The translations under genes and the position numbers were made by a program. From the NCBI GenBank assembly GCA_016927655.1, contig JAFGMG010000001.1, positions 34,818 through 98,817 of the forward strand: a stretch of 64,000 nt of DNA. Direction: 5' to 3'. Below are positions 27,989 through 38,699 of the stretch, piece after piece. The notes beneath the pieces are model-generated. The model made no database searches and was not told the origin of the DNA. It saw only the letters and a list, made by a program, of their open reading frames with translations. The first letter of the stretch is position 1. Each line of letters starts with the position of its first letter. This DNA comes from Candidatus Dojkabacteria bacterium. GTDB taxonomy: Bacteria; Patescibacteriota; Dojkabacteria; B142; JAFGMG01.

Positions 27989-29343
27989 AGTGCAGCTTTT
28001 ATCTCCTCAAGAGCTTTTGGTCCTACCCCTTCGATCTTTTCGCCGGCATCGATTTTCCCTTTGAGATCCTCTATCTCGGAAATTCCAGCCTTTATTAGTG
28101 CGTTTAAAGTTCGAGTAGATAATTTCAATCCCGCTAATGGACTATCATCTTCCGGTTTTGCATTTGCCTTCGTCTTTGTCTCCGTCTTTGCCTCACCTGC
28201 TTTTATAGTTTCTCCCTGAATATCAATTTTCCATCCAGTGAGCTTTGCTGCAAGTCTGGCATTTTGCCCATCCCTGCCAATCGCAAGAGAAAGCTGCTCA
28301 TCAGGAACCGTAACTTTTGCGTATTTTATACTTTCGCCAGCCTTTCTTTCTGGATTCGACTTCAAGGCGTCCTCAAGCGAAATTTCCTTTTTCTCATCTT
28401 TAACTTTTTTTACAATTGTTTTATCTGTCACTTCAACTTTTACTGTCTGAGCAGGACTCAAAGCATTTGAAATAAACTGAGCCGGTTCGTCGTCCCAAAG
28501 AATAATATCTACCTTTTCCTCAATCGGCCCCATTTTCAGCTCATTCATAATTGCATTGATTCGCACACCTTTTTGGCCGACGCACGAACCGATAGGATCT
28601 ATTCCATCTACAATAGAACGAACTGCAACCTTTGATCTGCTGCCTGCTTCTCTTGCAATCGATTTAATTTCAATAGAGCCCGAAACAATTTCAGGCACTT
28701 CAAGTGCAAACAATGCCCGAAGAAAGTCAGGATGTGCCCTTGATACAAAAAGCATTTTCCCTCTTGGAGTTTCCTCGATAGATTTGATAAGTACTTTGTG
28801 TCTGCTTCCGCTTTTATAAAATTCGCTGGGCACCCTGTCTTCTTTGCTCATAACTGCCGTTGCACGGTTGATATCCCAAAGCACATCTTCTCCATCCATT
28901 CTCTGGACAACTGCGCTTTCGATTTCTCCGATTCTGTCCTCGAATTCCTTGATTTGTGCTTCCTTTTCTGCCTCACGGATTTTTTGCAGGATAACCTGCT
29001 TTGCAGCTTGGGCTGCTACTCTTCCGAAGTCTCCTTCTGGTGTGACATCAACCTGGATGTGATCTCCGATCCTGAGCTTTGGTTCAATTTTCTGAGCGTC
29101 TGAAAGTGATATCTGCGTTGAATCATCACTTACTTCTTTTACAACTTTTTTATCCGCAATTACAGCAATGCTTCCAGTACCAGAGTCAATTTCAACTTCA
29201 ATATTGAGTCCTTCTTCCTCACTGTCTTTTCTAAATCCTGCCCGGATTGCTTCCTGGATGGCTGTAATGACAATATCTGCGTCAATCCCGCGTTCTGCTG
29301 CGATCTGATGTACTGCAACCATAAAATCTGTTTGTACCGCCAT
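27985..29343 (-). CDS. nusA: transcription termination/antitermination factor NusA with a C-terminal acidic extension
   Basis: 452 aa with the N-terminal domain, S1 and KH layout, and C-terminal HhH-like repeats. Confidence 0.9.
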   Translation of the reverse strand: MAVQTDFMVAVHQIAAERGIDADIVITAIQEAIRAGFRKDSEEEGLNIEVEIDSGTGSIAVIADKKVVKEVSDDSTQISLSDAQKIEPKLRIGDHIQVDVTPEGDFGRVAAQAAKQVILQKIREAEKEAQIKEFEDRIGEIESAVVQRMDGEDVLWDINRATAVMSKEDRVPSEFYKSGSRHKVLIKSIEETPRGKMLFVSRAHPDFLRALFALEVPEIVSGSIEIKSIAREAGSRSKVAVRSIVDGIDPIGSCVGQKGVRINAIMNELKMGPIEEKVDIILWDDEPAQFISNALSPAQTVKVEVTDKTIVKKVKDEKKEISLEDALKSNPERKAGESIKYAKVTVPDEQLSLAIGRDGQNARLAAKLTGWKIDIQGETIKAGEAKTETKTKANAKPEDDSPLAGLKLSTRTLNALIKAGISEIEDLKGKIDAGEKIEGVGPKALEEIKAAL

Positions 29344-29491
29344 TTTAAAAAAATTAACAACTTAATAATACGAATAATTCAGTAAAAAAAAGAGCGGCCC
29401 TTGTCCACCCTTTTACTACTCACCACGTATGAAGTATAGCAGATTATCATTCTTTTTTAAATAGTTTAGTTAAGATATAATCAAAACAACC

Positions 29492-30610
29492 ATGAATGAG
29501 ACTGGAAAAATAAAGATTGCAATTACACATGATTATTTATTGGAATATGGCGGAGCAGAAATGGTGCTATGGGAAATACTAAAAATTTTCCCCCAAGCAG
29601 AGCTTTATTCTCCAATTATCAGACCTACAAAGAAACAGCGAGCTTTTTGGCTTGAAGTTTCCAAACATAAAATACACTCGAGTTTTCTTTCATCGCTGCC
29701 TTTGCCAAAGCTCGCTTTCAAGTTTCTCCTGCCATTGCAGATAGGATTTTTCAAGAGATTGAAATTTGATGATTATGACCTGGTTATCAGCTCATCAGCT
29801 GGCTTTAGTAAATTTTTGAACTTAACGGAGAAGACAAAACACATCGCCTATATCCATACTCCTCCTAGATTTGTCTGGGGTTACGAGACTTCTTTTTTTC
29901 ACAAAATGCCCGGGGTTTTAAGGTTTATTCTTAAGCCGATTTTGAATAAGTGGAAAAGACAGGACATCGAATACGCAAAAAAAGCCGATCTTATTCTGAC
30001 TAATTCGAAAAACATTCAGGGAAAAATCCGTCAAGCATACAAAAAAGATTCTACAGTTATTTATCCGCCGGCAGATGTTGCTAACTTGCTTTCTAGTGAG
30101 CCATCAGGCAAAGAAGACTTTTATCTCACTATCGGCAGGATTTACCCTTATAAAAGAATTGATCTTATTGTAGAAGCGTTTGGGAAAACAAAAGAGAAAC
30201 TGATTGTCATCGGAGATGGGCCTGGAAGAAGACGGCTGGAAAGGATTTCCAGGGAGAATATAAGTTTTCGGGGATTTGTGGACGAGGACGTGAAGGTTGA
30301 ACTGCTGCAAAAAGCAAAAGGCTTTGTTTTTGCAGCAGAGGAAGACTTCGGAATAGTGATGGTGGAGGCACTTGCTGCAGGGACTCCCGTAATTGCCTTT
30401 GCGAAAGGCGGAGCAATCGAGATTGTCCAGGAAGGGAAAAATGGAATTTTATTTGAAGAACAGACTAAAGAATCCATCATCCAGGGTCTTAAAGAATTCG
30501 CGAGTAAGAAATTCGATTCGGAATTTATCAAAAAAAGTGCCTGGAAATTTTCAAGTGAGAATTTCAGGAAAGAAATGGAAAAATCAGTTCTTCGGACTGT
30601 CACTTCCTAA
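29492..30610 (+). CDS. glycosyltransferase family 1 (GT4-type)
   Basis: EDFGIVMVEALAAGTPVIAF is the GT1 EX7E region. Confidence 0.75.
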   Translation: MNETGKIKIAITHDYLLEYGGAEMVLWEILKIFPQAELYSPIIRPTKKQRAFWLEVSKHKIHSSFLSSLPLPKLAFKFLLPLQIGFFKRLKFDDYDLVISSSAGFSKFLNLTEKTKHIAYIHTPPRFVWGYETSFFHKMPGVLRFILKPILNKWKRQDIEYAKKADLILTNSKNIQGKIRQAYKKDSTVIYPPADVANLLSSEPSGKEDFYLTIGRIYPYKRIDLIVEAFGKTKEKLIVIGDGPGRRRLERISRENISFRGFVDEDVKVELLQKAKGFVFAAEEDFGIVMVEALAAGTPVIAFAKGGAIEIVQEGKNGILFEEQTKESIIQGLKEFASKKFDSEFIKKSAWKFSSENFRKEMEKSVLRTVTS

Positions 30611-31141
30611 GCTTTCTAAATCTTCCAGCTCCAGTATAAAAGCGCGCAATTTGGCCCATTCAAACAACATCGTAGGGAAAATTACAACCGGGAAAAGAAC
30701 TATCGTCCAGACATGAATATCAATAGCAATAGTTAGAAATGTTATTAGATAAATAACATAATAAATCAAAAAGCCAATCGAGAGACTACTGATCTTTCTT
30801 AGATCCTTTGTAAAATAAAGCACTATGGCAAACCAAAGAAAAGGCGTCGACAAGATCAAAGAGAGGGTGAGAATCGGCCTTATTAGCAGACTGTAATCAT
30901 AACCTTTCATATAAACCGCAAATACCGGGGATAAATAAGCTACAAAAAAAACCAGGAATGAACCGTATTTGAAATTTTTGGGGCTCAAAAACGCATTTTC
31001 CCTGATGAGCATTTGTAATTTCTTTGGTTTGCCCTTAAACGAGTCTTCCAATTCGTCAAATATCTCCGTCTGGCTTTTGCCTTGGATAAACATTTTTAGA
31101 ATATTTTTCTTTATATCGCTTAAAGAAGATTTAGTAGGCAT
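30584..31141 (-). CDS. hypothetical polytopic membrane protein
   Basis: 185 aa with several hydrophobic helices. Confidence 0.4.
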   Translation of the reverse strand: MPTKSSLSDIKKNILKMFIQGKSQTEIFDELEDSFKGKPKKLQMLIRENAFLSPKNFKYGSFLVFFVAYLSPVFAVYMKGYDYSLLIRPILTLSLILSTPFLWFAIVLYFTKDLRKISSLSIGFLIYYVIYLITFLTIAIDIHVWTIVLFPVVIFPTMLFEWAKLRAFILELEDLESLGSDSPKN

Positions 31142-32333
31142 ATTTCTCTTCCGGGGTTAATTCCTGGCTGACTGGATCTTTAGGTTTGTTTTTCTCCCTT
31201 TCTCTTTTACGGCGCCAGTTTAGCTTGTAAAGAACTCCAAGCAGGGTAAAGAATAGAATGATCAGGACAATCCCTGCTGTCAAAAATACAAAATCGGTGC
31301 TGAATCCTCCGAAATAAAAAGCTACCACACAAAAAACCAGAAAAATCGAAAGTTCTATCCTGAGGGTTTCTTTTGAATTAAATCCAAGATTCATAATCCT
31401 GTGATGAAGATGCGTTGTATCACTGATTGAAAGCAGGTCAAGGGCGCTATTGAGCCTATTAGCCCTAAGCCTCCCGGCTAGAACCCACAGCATGTCTATA
31501 ATCGGCACACTAAGTATCAATATTGCACTAGGTAGTTTCGTCCCGCTGATAACACCCATAGTTGCCAGAAAAAAGCCATAATTAATATGTCCGCTCGTCC
31601 CTGCAAATATTTTTGCCTTTGGGAAATTGTACGGAATGAAACCGTAAACCGCACCAGCAAACAAGAAAAACATCAAGGTATACTGCGGATTGCCGAATTT
31701 GATAGAAAGCGCTGCAAATGTCACCGCTGCAATCACTGTAATACTCTCCCCAAGAGCATCTATTCCGCATACCCATGCAAGAGCATTCATTACGATCATA
31801 ATCCATAAAAGAGTGAATAAATCAGCCGGAAGTATCATATTGTAGCTGAATAGACCGAAATCGAGAGTAGTATTAAAAGAGCTTAGATCTATAAACTGAC
31901 CGGCGATTTGAATATCAGCAATCGTAATTCCCGAAACTATCACTACGAGAGCCACGAAAAGCTGGATAAGTATTTGATATTTGCCTGAAATATCGTATTT
32001 ATCGTCCAAAATACCCATAAGAGTCAGCACCCCCATCCCGAAAAGTATCGGGAATATTTCAGCCGGGACATTGTCATAGACAAGGAGTGCTGAAAAGAAA
32101 GAAATCATTATTGCAAGACCCCCAAGTTTGGGAATAATTCCTTCATGAATTCTGCGGTCTCTTGTCTTGTCATGAAGAGATCGTTTTTCCTTTGGTAGAT
32201 CGACAATATCCAAGATTTTGGCAATTTTGCCGATTATTGGAGTTATGAGAAAAGCGATCAGAAAAGCAAACCCTGCCTTTGGGATGTAGGGTAAATACAA
32301 GTTTGTAATATCGTTTATTGTTCCTTCCATCAA
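31131..32333 (-). CDS. MraY/WecA-family polyprenyl-phosphate sugar-1-phosphate transferase
   Basis: ILGILDDKYDISGKYQILIQL, NALAWVCGIDALGES and a polytopic topology typical of Glycos_transf_4 (MraY/WecA). Confidence 0.7.
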   Translation of the reverse strand: MMEGTINDITNLYLPYIPKAGFAFLIAFLITPIIGKIAKILDIVDLPKEKRSLHDKTRDRRIHEGIIPKLGGLAIMISFFSALLVYDNVPAEIFPILFGMGVLTLMGILDDKYDISGKYQILIQLFVALVVIVSGITIADIQIAGQFIDLSSFNTTLDFGLFSYNMILPADLFTLLWIMIVMNALAWVCGIDALGESITVIAAVTFAALSIKFGNPQYTLMFFLFAGAVYGFIPYNFPKAKIFAGTSGHINYGFFLATMGVISGTKLPSAILILSVPIIDMLWVLAGRLRANRLNSALDLLSISDTTHLHHRIMNLGFNSKETLRIELSIFLVFCVVAFYFGGFSTDFVFLTAGIVLIILFFTLLGVLYKLNWRRKREREKNKPKDPVSQELTPEEKYAY

Positions 32334-32346
32334 ATTCTTTCTTGAA

Positions 32347-32802
32347 CTAGATTGAAACTATGCTCAGCAACTGTGCGAACGCTATTAAATATAGTATGTT
32401 GAAAATCCCAACCGAGCCTGCAATTATCTGTGCAAGCCTTCTATCGAATTGGAATATAGAATAAACAATGTTTAATAAAAGAAGGTTTAGACCTGTGTAA
32501 ACAATCGGCACAAGAACAACCCAGCCCTTTTCCAGAAACAGCCAGCTTGATTTGGTCGGATCATAAAACAAAGGAATTTCAAAAGGGAGATCTTTGTAAT
32601 TTATAAGAATCGCAACTTCAATGATCAAAGAAAAAGCAATTGAGGAAAAAAGCATAAAGACGAATGCAAAGTTTTTCCAGAAAGGCATTACTTCGATTTT
32701 TCTTTCAAGATTATTAAGCCTTCTCTGGACAAATATTACTGGCTGGAATCTATTGACCCTAATGCCAAGCCCGAGTTGTCCCAGTTCATTTTTGTTTTCC
32801 AT
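32347..32802 (-). CDS. hypothetical membrane protein
   Basis: 151 aa, hydrophobic. Confidence 0.4.
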   Translation of the reverse strand: MENKNELGQLGLGIRVNRFQPVIFVQRRLNNLERKIEVMPFWKNFAFVFMLFSSIAFSLIIEVAILINYKDLPFEIPLFYDPTKSSWLFLEKGWVVLVPIVYTGLNLLLLNIVYSIFQFDRRLAQIIAGSVGIFNILYLIAFAQLLSIVSI

Positions 32803-32822
32803 ATACGGGCATTATACAAGCT

Positions 32823-34421
32823 CTAGTTGCGAACGACAATCGCGATTTCTTCTTTATTGAGCCTTTTAAATGGAGCTTCACTGCCTGAATACACCTCAAC
32901 GTTTGAACCACCCAGTTCAACTAGTCTGCCAATGGCCCATTGCTTCTCTCCGTTTGAAAAATCGTAAATTTGAATATCGGGCCCATCCGCCCTTGTCTGC
33001 AAAGCATACTTACTTTCACTGAAAAACAGTGCTTCATTTTCAGCCCGAGCCTTGAAAGCTCTATAAGCGGGATTATTGAAAACTGCTTTCCCGCCTGTGT
33101 AAGCATTTACATAAGTATAAATTGCTGCCTGTTTTGGTTTTGCGTCTGGATTTTGGATCAGCTCCTGAATATACTGTCTGACTAGCTTCCATTCATCATT
33201 TGAACAGCAGGATTTGTCCCAGGCGGTTGGTATTAGATAATAACCGGATCTTGTGTGCGTACCAGGCTTTGAATATAACGGCTTGGTAAGATATGCATTT
33301 TGCCCCCCGAACTGGTCGTCAAGGACAATTTTGTTTATATTTGTCAGATCCGCCTCCCGCATGATTTCTAAGCCCATTGTGATGTCCTGCAACGAAATAC
33401 TGCTCATTTCCATTTTTGAGTTAAAATGGTTGTATAGATCAAGGAGTTTGATCGGATTAGTAAGCGTGCTATTATTTGTAATCAGATGCATAATCTCGGT
33501 GATCAACTGCTGCTGCCTTCTATTTCTATCAAAGTCACTGCTTGTTTTTCTAACCCGTACATAACAGAGAGCCTCTTTGGCATTTAGAAATTGCCTGCCC
33601 TGCGGGAAGTATACGTAATCATAGCCATACCAGTCATTTGGACAGTAATCTCCGATGTTTCTTGGAGAATCTATCCAGACGCCTTTTTCGCCACCGCTAT
33701 CCTCACCGACGATGTTTATCAGCTCGACAAATGTGTCAAGGGTTGTGATGACGTAATGATCTATCTCGTAGCCGGTAATATATGTGACATATTTTTTCAT
33801 GGCATCAGATCCGCTGAATGGGCAGTTATTTTTCTCTGCCATATCGTAGAAGCGGTTGATGTATTTTTGATCTTCTCGTTCCTGATGCATGCATTCTTCT
33901 TCCGCGGTGATGCTTGTATCTCTTGGGATGCTGATGAAATTCACCCTTTTTGTCTCGCGGTCGTAGACAATTTGCATTATAACGTCGATTTTTCTTGTTC
34001 CATCCCACTTGTCTGGGACAAATTCATCACCATCAAACTCTACTCCTCTTGTGTCTATTCCCATTACTAGTACTGAGTAGTAACGTTTTTCGGATACATT
34101 TGGATTGACCAGTTCTGCTGAACGGCTGACTACCTGCCCTGCAACGTTTGAGATTGAATCTGCGCTAGCGTCTTTGAGATTGCCTATGCTGAGTACTAAG
34201 TAGCTAAGGGATGCAACGAGAATTATCATGACAAATGATACGCTCCAATTGGTCCAGTTGATGTTGGATTTCTTTTTGGCTTTTTGGTTGGGGAAAGCTA
34301 TAGATTTAGCTCTAGCTGGTGCCATATCTGGCTCTTCCTGTGATCCTTCATCAATCTCAAATTTTCCCGACCTTTGTGTAAGGCTAATTTTTTTACTTAG
34401 CATGGCAGTATCTAGTTTCAA
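32823..34421 (-). CDS. LytR-CpsA-Psr (LCP) family glycopolymer ligase with a long C-terminal extension
   Basis: Cytoplasmic N-terminus, a single TM, then LCP motifs (VLVMGIDTRG... DVIMQIVYD... FISIPRDT). Confidence 0.7.
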   Translation of the reverse strand: MKLDTAMLSKKISLTQRSGKFEIDEGSQEEPDMAPARAKSIAFPNQKAKKKSNINWTNWSVSFVMIILVASLSYLVLSIGNLKDASADSISNVAGQVVSRSAELVNPNVSEKRYYSVLVMGIDTRGVEFDGDEFVPDKWDGTRKIDVIMQIVYDRETKRVNFISIPRDTSITAEEECMHQEREDQKYINRFYDMAEKNNCPFSGSDAMKKYVTYITGYEIDHYVITTLDTFVELINIVGEDSGGEKGVWIDSPRNIGDYCPNDWYGYDYVYFPQGRQFLNAKEALCYVRVRKTSSDFDRNRRQQQLITEIMHLITNNSTLTNPIKLLDLYNHFNSKMEMSSISLQDITMGLEIMREADLTNINKIVLDDQFGGQNAYLTKPLYSKPGTHTRSGYYLIPTAWDKSCCSNDEWKLVRQYIQELIQNPDAKPKQAAIYTYVNAYTGGKAVFNNPAYRAFKARAENEALFFSESKYALQTRADGPDIQIYDFSNGEKQWAIGRLVELGGSNVEVYSGSEAPFKRLNKEEIAIVVRN

Positions 34422-34517
34422 AATTGTGAGACATTGATTTTTCTTACCAATTTTCTGAAGAGAAAATAACGGCTCGTAAACTCAATGTCTCACTTTATCG
34501 TAAATTAGGTTTTATAT

Positions 34518-37500
34518 CTAGTCTGGACTCGGGGTAAATTTGACATCACTTCCCCCTCCATTTTGGACTCTGATGAAGTATCCTCTACCATCCACTATGT
34601 TGTAGTCATTTCCATACAATAATTCATCTTCTAGCACTACCGATGTATACAGTCCTCCTTCATACTTACTCACTACGTCTGCTTCTATACCCTGATTGCT
34701 CATTTCTCTTAGTAAACTCTCCCCAGTATAGTCTTTATCTTTAGATATTATTCCCACTAAATTCCAACCATTTCCAATCCCAATTTCCACATTGTCATCT
34801 ATCTTCTTTCCCGTATATGCCACATCATGTTGCCCATAAGAGAGTACAAATAATCCTTGTCCGGGAATTAAGTTAAAATCGTTTGAAAATTCCACATCAC
34901 CTTCTCTTACTGAAAATATTATCCACTGTCCTCCCTCATATTTCGCAATATGCTTGATATTCGCTCCTTGCTCCAACCAGGAATCCATCAGATCCCCAGC
35001 CATTTTCACCTCTTCATTCACTAACTCAAGATCGATCAAATTCCATCCATCTACTAAAGAGAACCCCTGTGCTTCATCAACTTTCTCCAAAGTTATATTC
35101 TGAATATCCTCTTGGAAAGGTTCCACTGGATCCTTTTGTCCATTTTTATTCACATCATCAAAAAATTTCACGGTCGCAGAATCCCCCTCGACAATGAATA
35201 CCTTTTCATATGTAGAACCCTTGTCTGTTATCTCATAGACACCTGATTCAACTATTTCAAGCTTTGTATCAGTATCTTTTGCCGGAACTTCTTCAGTCCC
35301 AGCATAATCACCTTTATCTTCGACATTTTCATCTTGGGCTCTCACCGGGCTAATAAATAGCCCTAAAACATCATTTGCAGAAGGTGTGTAATTATCTGCA
35401 AATACTCTGGTATTCCCATTCAAACTATGAACTATCTGATTAAACTGATCAGCATTCTGAATATCCCATTGCTGAAGAGCTGCTCCATTTGGGAGACCAT
35501 TTACAACAATTTGAACGCCAATTTGGAAATTACCGACATCAACATTTCCAAATTCATCTATAGCACCCTCAGGGAAGATATATTGAATATCTATAGTATC
35601 AATACCTAATTCAGCCAATTGAGGATTCACAGTAAAACTATAGTTAGTAGTATTGGCAGGATTAGCATAATCAATAAAGAAAGTTGCTCCTTCATCCGGA
35701 TCGCCATTTATTCCATATGTTGCTGATGGTGTGCCATGCACACGTCGATCTCCTGACTCAAAACTAATCAAAGGGATTCTCCTTCCATCCGCTGTCTCGA
35801 TATATGAGGTAACTAATGCTTGATCAAGAGTAACTAGTGCCATACAAGCTCCAGCCCCAAATCCATGTGCTTGCGTATTAACATATGGATAGTCAGCCCC
35901 TAGACTTACATCATCTATCCAAGAGTATTCATCTCCAGGTCGCAAACCCTCTATGTTATCGTTAAATTCCAGAGCTGCAGCATATGCATTTTGTTCCTTT
36001 CCTTCATAATGATCAACAGGTACCACAGCCTTTACAACTTCGACTGTATCATTGCCAACTCTTATGTCTTCTCTGTTATAGGCTTCAGTTATATCCGTAG
36101 AGGTTCTTGGGCATGATCTCCCATCCGCAACAATAAAAACTTCTCCATTCCTCGTAATGCAGCTTCTCTCTATAGTATTGTCCCCAACCCCCAAACAATC
36201 ACAATTTGAATTAAGGTTACCCCCTACTTCACTACATTTATTTACTATCGCTATACTACATCTACTATTAGCTCCTATACCTTCAACACATGTATTCCTG
36301 TCATCTAAACAGACTACCTGGCCATTGTCACAATAATTTGTTCCCGTTCCTCCATTGCAACCACAAGTCACACCCCATCTACCATCATTATGCCCTTCAC
36401 AAGTTGAAGATGGAACGTAAGCATAATCCTCAACCAAGCCCTTTTGATCATCAGTTCTGTGTAGGGGGATCCCCGTTATTTCAACAAATTGGTCCTCTCC
36501 TATCGCCTGTATTTGGATGCGCACGAACTCTTCTTGTTCTTCTTTTGTCATGGCAGCCATATCATAATCATCGTCGCCGCTATAGTTACCAGAGGGGGAA
36601 TAACCACATGCATTTTCTTCACAAGCTCCATAACCAGTGACAGTGATGCCAACACAATAACTTCTTCCAACACCACAAGAATGACATTTTGTCCCTCCTA
36701 GACATTGAGTATCATTTTCACACCCCTTTTTGCATTCATAACCTGAAGGCCCAGCTTCTTGAACATTATCTGGTTGAATTTCTGGTGCTGGCGGTGGAGT
36801 TTGTGCTTCTTGCTCTTGTGGTATAGGTTGTATGGGATTCCCACCAATACCTGGGCATTCTACTAATCCCTCCGCCCTTCCACTATTACAGCTCCCACCC
36901 AATTCGACAAATCTTCCCCAATTATCCCAACTTACACAACCGTAATAATTTGAATCGGCTGGACAGGTGCATTGCACAGGATTCGCGAATTGACACTGTA
37001 CTTGAGTTTGAGCACTAACCTGTGTGATTAGACTCATTGAATTCTCATTGAGAATTCTTGTATTTGGACTTGAAGTCTTCTCATCTTCATCACCCACGAT
37101 ATCTTCGAAGATAATGTTTACTAGTGGTTTATAGTTCTCTAATTTGAACTTATTTCTATACCTTACTTGCTCTTCATTGCTTGTTTCTAACCTTAATACT
37201 GTATCTGCTTTTACTGTATACTTAATTCCCTGCTGATTTCTAAAACTTGTCACATCCAATGTCCAGCCACCTTCCTTATTTGTATATGTACTTAGTTTCC
37301 CACTTTCTTCTATCTCTTCCTCATTATTCCCATACTTGAATAAGGTTGCTTCAACATAAATATCTCCTTTACCATTTCCCTCCTCATCTATTATCTTCCC
37401 ATACATCGGATCTGGTGTTTCTAAATCCTCATTCACAATTAACGTCTTTATCTGGGGTAGTTTGTTCCCTTCTGCATCTGTATCCTTACTCAGTATCCTT

Positions 37501-37871
37501 CCTGCTACTAATACTTCATACTCTTTCTCTGGTTCTAGTCCTGTCACACTTACATGATGTATGTGCCTCTTTTGTAGTCCTTCTTCCTTTATCTTGTACT
37601 CTCCTGTCTCTGTATCTTGTTCTACATCTCTATCATCATAAAACGTTCCTACTTTTCTTCCTCCTCCCTCTTTCACCAGTAATCTCCCAGTCGTTTTTTC
37701 TTTTGTGTACCACATATATGTTACTCCGGTCTCTGTTACATTTGTGACCTGAATATTCTCAATGTCCATCTTTCGGTCTTGATATATCAAATAGCTAATA
37801 GTCCCTGACAACAAAACTAACAAAGAAAAAAAGAGGACATACACAACATACTGAAGAAATCGACTTTTCAT
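34518..37871 (-). CDS. giant secreted/surface protein (1117 aa). N-terminal signal/TM and FN3-like domain, Cys-rich central region, two C-terminal ~90-aa GWNL...YEGG repeats
   Basis: Paralogue of 40552..43326, with conserved N- and C-termini and a divergent middle. Has a DxNxNGxxD calcium-binding-like motif. Confidence 0.6.
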   Translation of the reverse strand: MKSRFLQYVVYVLFFSLLVLLSGTISYLIYQDRKMDIENIQVTNVTETGVTYMWYTKEKTTGRLLVKEGGGRKVGTFYDDRDVEQDTETGEYKIKEEGLQKRHIHHVSVTGLEPEKEYEVLVAGRILSKDTDAEGNKLPQIKTLIVNEDLETPDPMYGKIIDEEGNGKGDIYVEATLFKYGNNEEEIEESGKLSTYTNKEGGWTLDVTSFRNQQGIKYTVKADTVLRLETSNEEQVRYRNKFKLENYKPLVNIIFEDIVGDEDEKTSSPNTRILNENSMSLITQVSAQTQVQCQFANPVQCTCPADSNYYGCVSWDNWGRFVELGGSCNSGRAEGLVECPGIGGNPIQPIPQEQEAQTPPPAPEIQPDNVQEAGPSGYECKKGCENDTQCLGGTKCHSCGVGRSYCVGITVTGYGACEENACGYSPSGNYSGDDDYDMAAMTKEEQEEFVRIQIQAIGEDQFVEITGIPLHRTDDQKGLVEDYAYVPSSTCEGHNDGRWGVTCGCNGGTGTNYCDNGQVVCLDDRNTCVEGIGANSRCSIAIVNKCSEVGGNLNSNCDCLGVGDNTIERSCITRNGEVFIVADGRSCPRTSTDITEAYNREDIRVGNDTVEVVKAVVPVDHYEGKEQNAYAAALEFNDNIEGLRPGDEYSWIDDVSLGADYPYVNTQAHGFGAGACMALVTLDQALVTSYIETADGRRIPLISFESGDRRVHGTPSATYGINGDPDEGATFFIDYANPANTTNYSFTVNPQLAELGIDTIDIQYIFPEGAIDEFGNVDVGNFQIGVQIVVNGLPNGAALQQWDIQNADQFNQIVHSLNGNTRVFADNYTPSANDVLGLFISPVRAQDENVEDKGDYAGTEEVPAKDTDTKLEIVESGVYEITDKGSTYEKVFIVEGDSATVKFFDDVNKNGQKDPVEPFQEDIQNITLEKVDEAQGFSLVDGWNLIDLELVNEEVKMAGDLMDSWLEQGANIKHIAKYEGGQWIIFSVREGDVEFSNDFNLIPGQGLFVLSYGQHDVAYTGKKIDDNVEIGIGNGWNLVGIISKDKDYTGESLLREMSNQGIEADVVSKYEGGLYTSVVLEDELLYGNDYNIVDGRGYFIRVQNGGGSDVKFTPSPD

Positions 37872-37964
37872 TTCAGGAGAATTTAATAATTATCTAAAAA
37901 TAGATTACCCAAAAAGAAGATTTGCGTCAATTTGATATAATTAAGTAAATTTAGACTAGACATT

Positions 37965-38699
37965 ATGCTAAAAGTATCAGAATTAATTGCGGAGATAGAA
38001 AATACAAAAGTCTTAGATGGCTTATATCTTGAGGTAGGGGAAGGCCAGATCCATGTTTTACTAGGTCCAAATGGCTCGGGCAAAAGTAGCCTTTCAAAAG
38101 TCATTATGGGAGTGGGCGGGTACGAAGTGACAAGTGGAAGTATAGAGTTTGAGGGCAAAGATATCACAAATATAAGCCCAGATGAACGAGCGAGAATGGG
38201 GATATTCTTGGCGAATCAATACCCAATTGAAGTCCCAGGAGTTGGTCTCGCGAATTTCTTGCGACTTGCATACAATTCCAGATTTAGTGATGACAAAAAT
38301 AAACTATCAGTAACAAAATTTAAGAAATTGTTACAAGAAAAAGCAAAACTCGTAGATCTAGATGAAAAATTCCTGGACCGCAATCTCAATGAAGGCTTCT
38401 CAGGCGGAGAAAAGAAAAAAAGTGAGATCCTCCAAATGGCAGTCCTTGAGCCAAAGCTCGCAATTCTTGATGAGACCGACTCCGGACTAGATGTAGACGC
38501 ACTCAAACAAGTCTTTAAAGCAGTCAGCAAAATCAAAAAAGAAAATAAAGATATGACACTTCTAGTCATTACCCACTACGAAAGAGTATTTGAATACATC
38601 ACTCCAGACAAAGTACACGTGATGAAAGATGGAAAAATCATAGAAACAGGAGGCAAAGAATTAGCAGATAAAATCCAAAAACATGGCTTCAAAAAATAA
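37965..38699 (+). CDS. sufC: Fe-S cluster assembly ATPase SufC
   Basis: ABC ATPase with Walker [10 protein letters not shown], signature LSGGEKKK, and Walker [11 protein letters not shown]. Confidence 0.9.
   Translation: MLKVSELIAEIENTKVLDGLYLEVGEGQIHVLLGPNGSGKSSLSKVIMGVGGYEVTSGSIEFEGKDITNISPDERARMGIFLANQYPIEVPGVGLANFLRLAYNSRFSDDKNKLSVTKFKKLLQEKAKLVDLDEKFLDRNLNEGFSGGEKKKSEILQMAVLEPKLAILDETDSGLDVDALKQVFKAVSKIKKENKDMTLLVITHYERVFEYITPDKVHVMKDGKIIETGGKELADKIQKHGFKK

Noticed and set aside
30393-30716. Plus-strand 107-aa basic ORF overlapping the end of the GT1 gene
   Set aside because: Overlaps two better-supported genes. Its composition (K/R/S-rich) is typical of frame-shifted translation.
38683-38699. 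sufC/sufB 17-nt overlap, considered as a possible frameshift or fusion
   Set aside because: Short overlaps are normal translational coupling in suf operons. Both ORFs have intact starts and stops.
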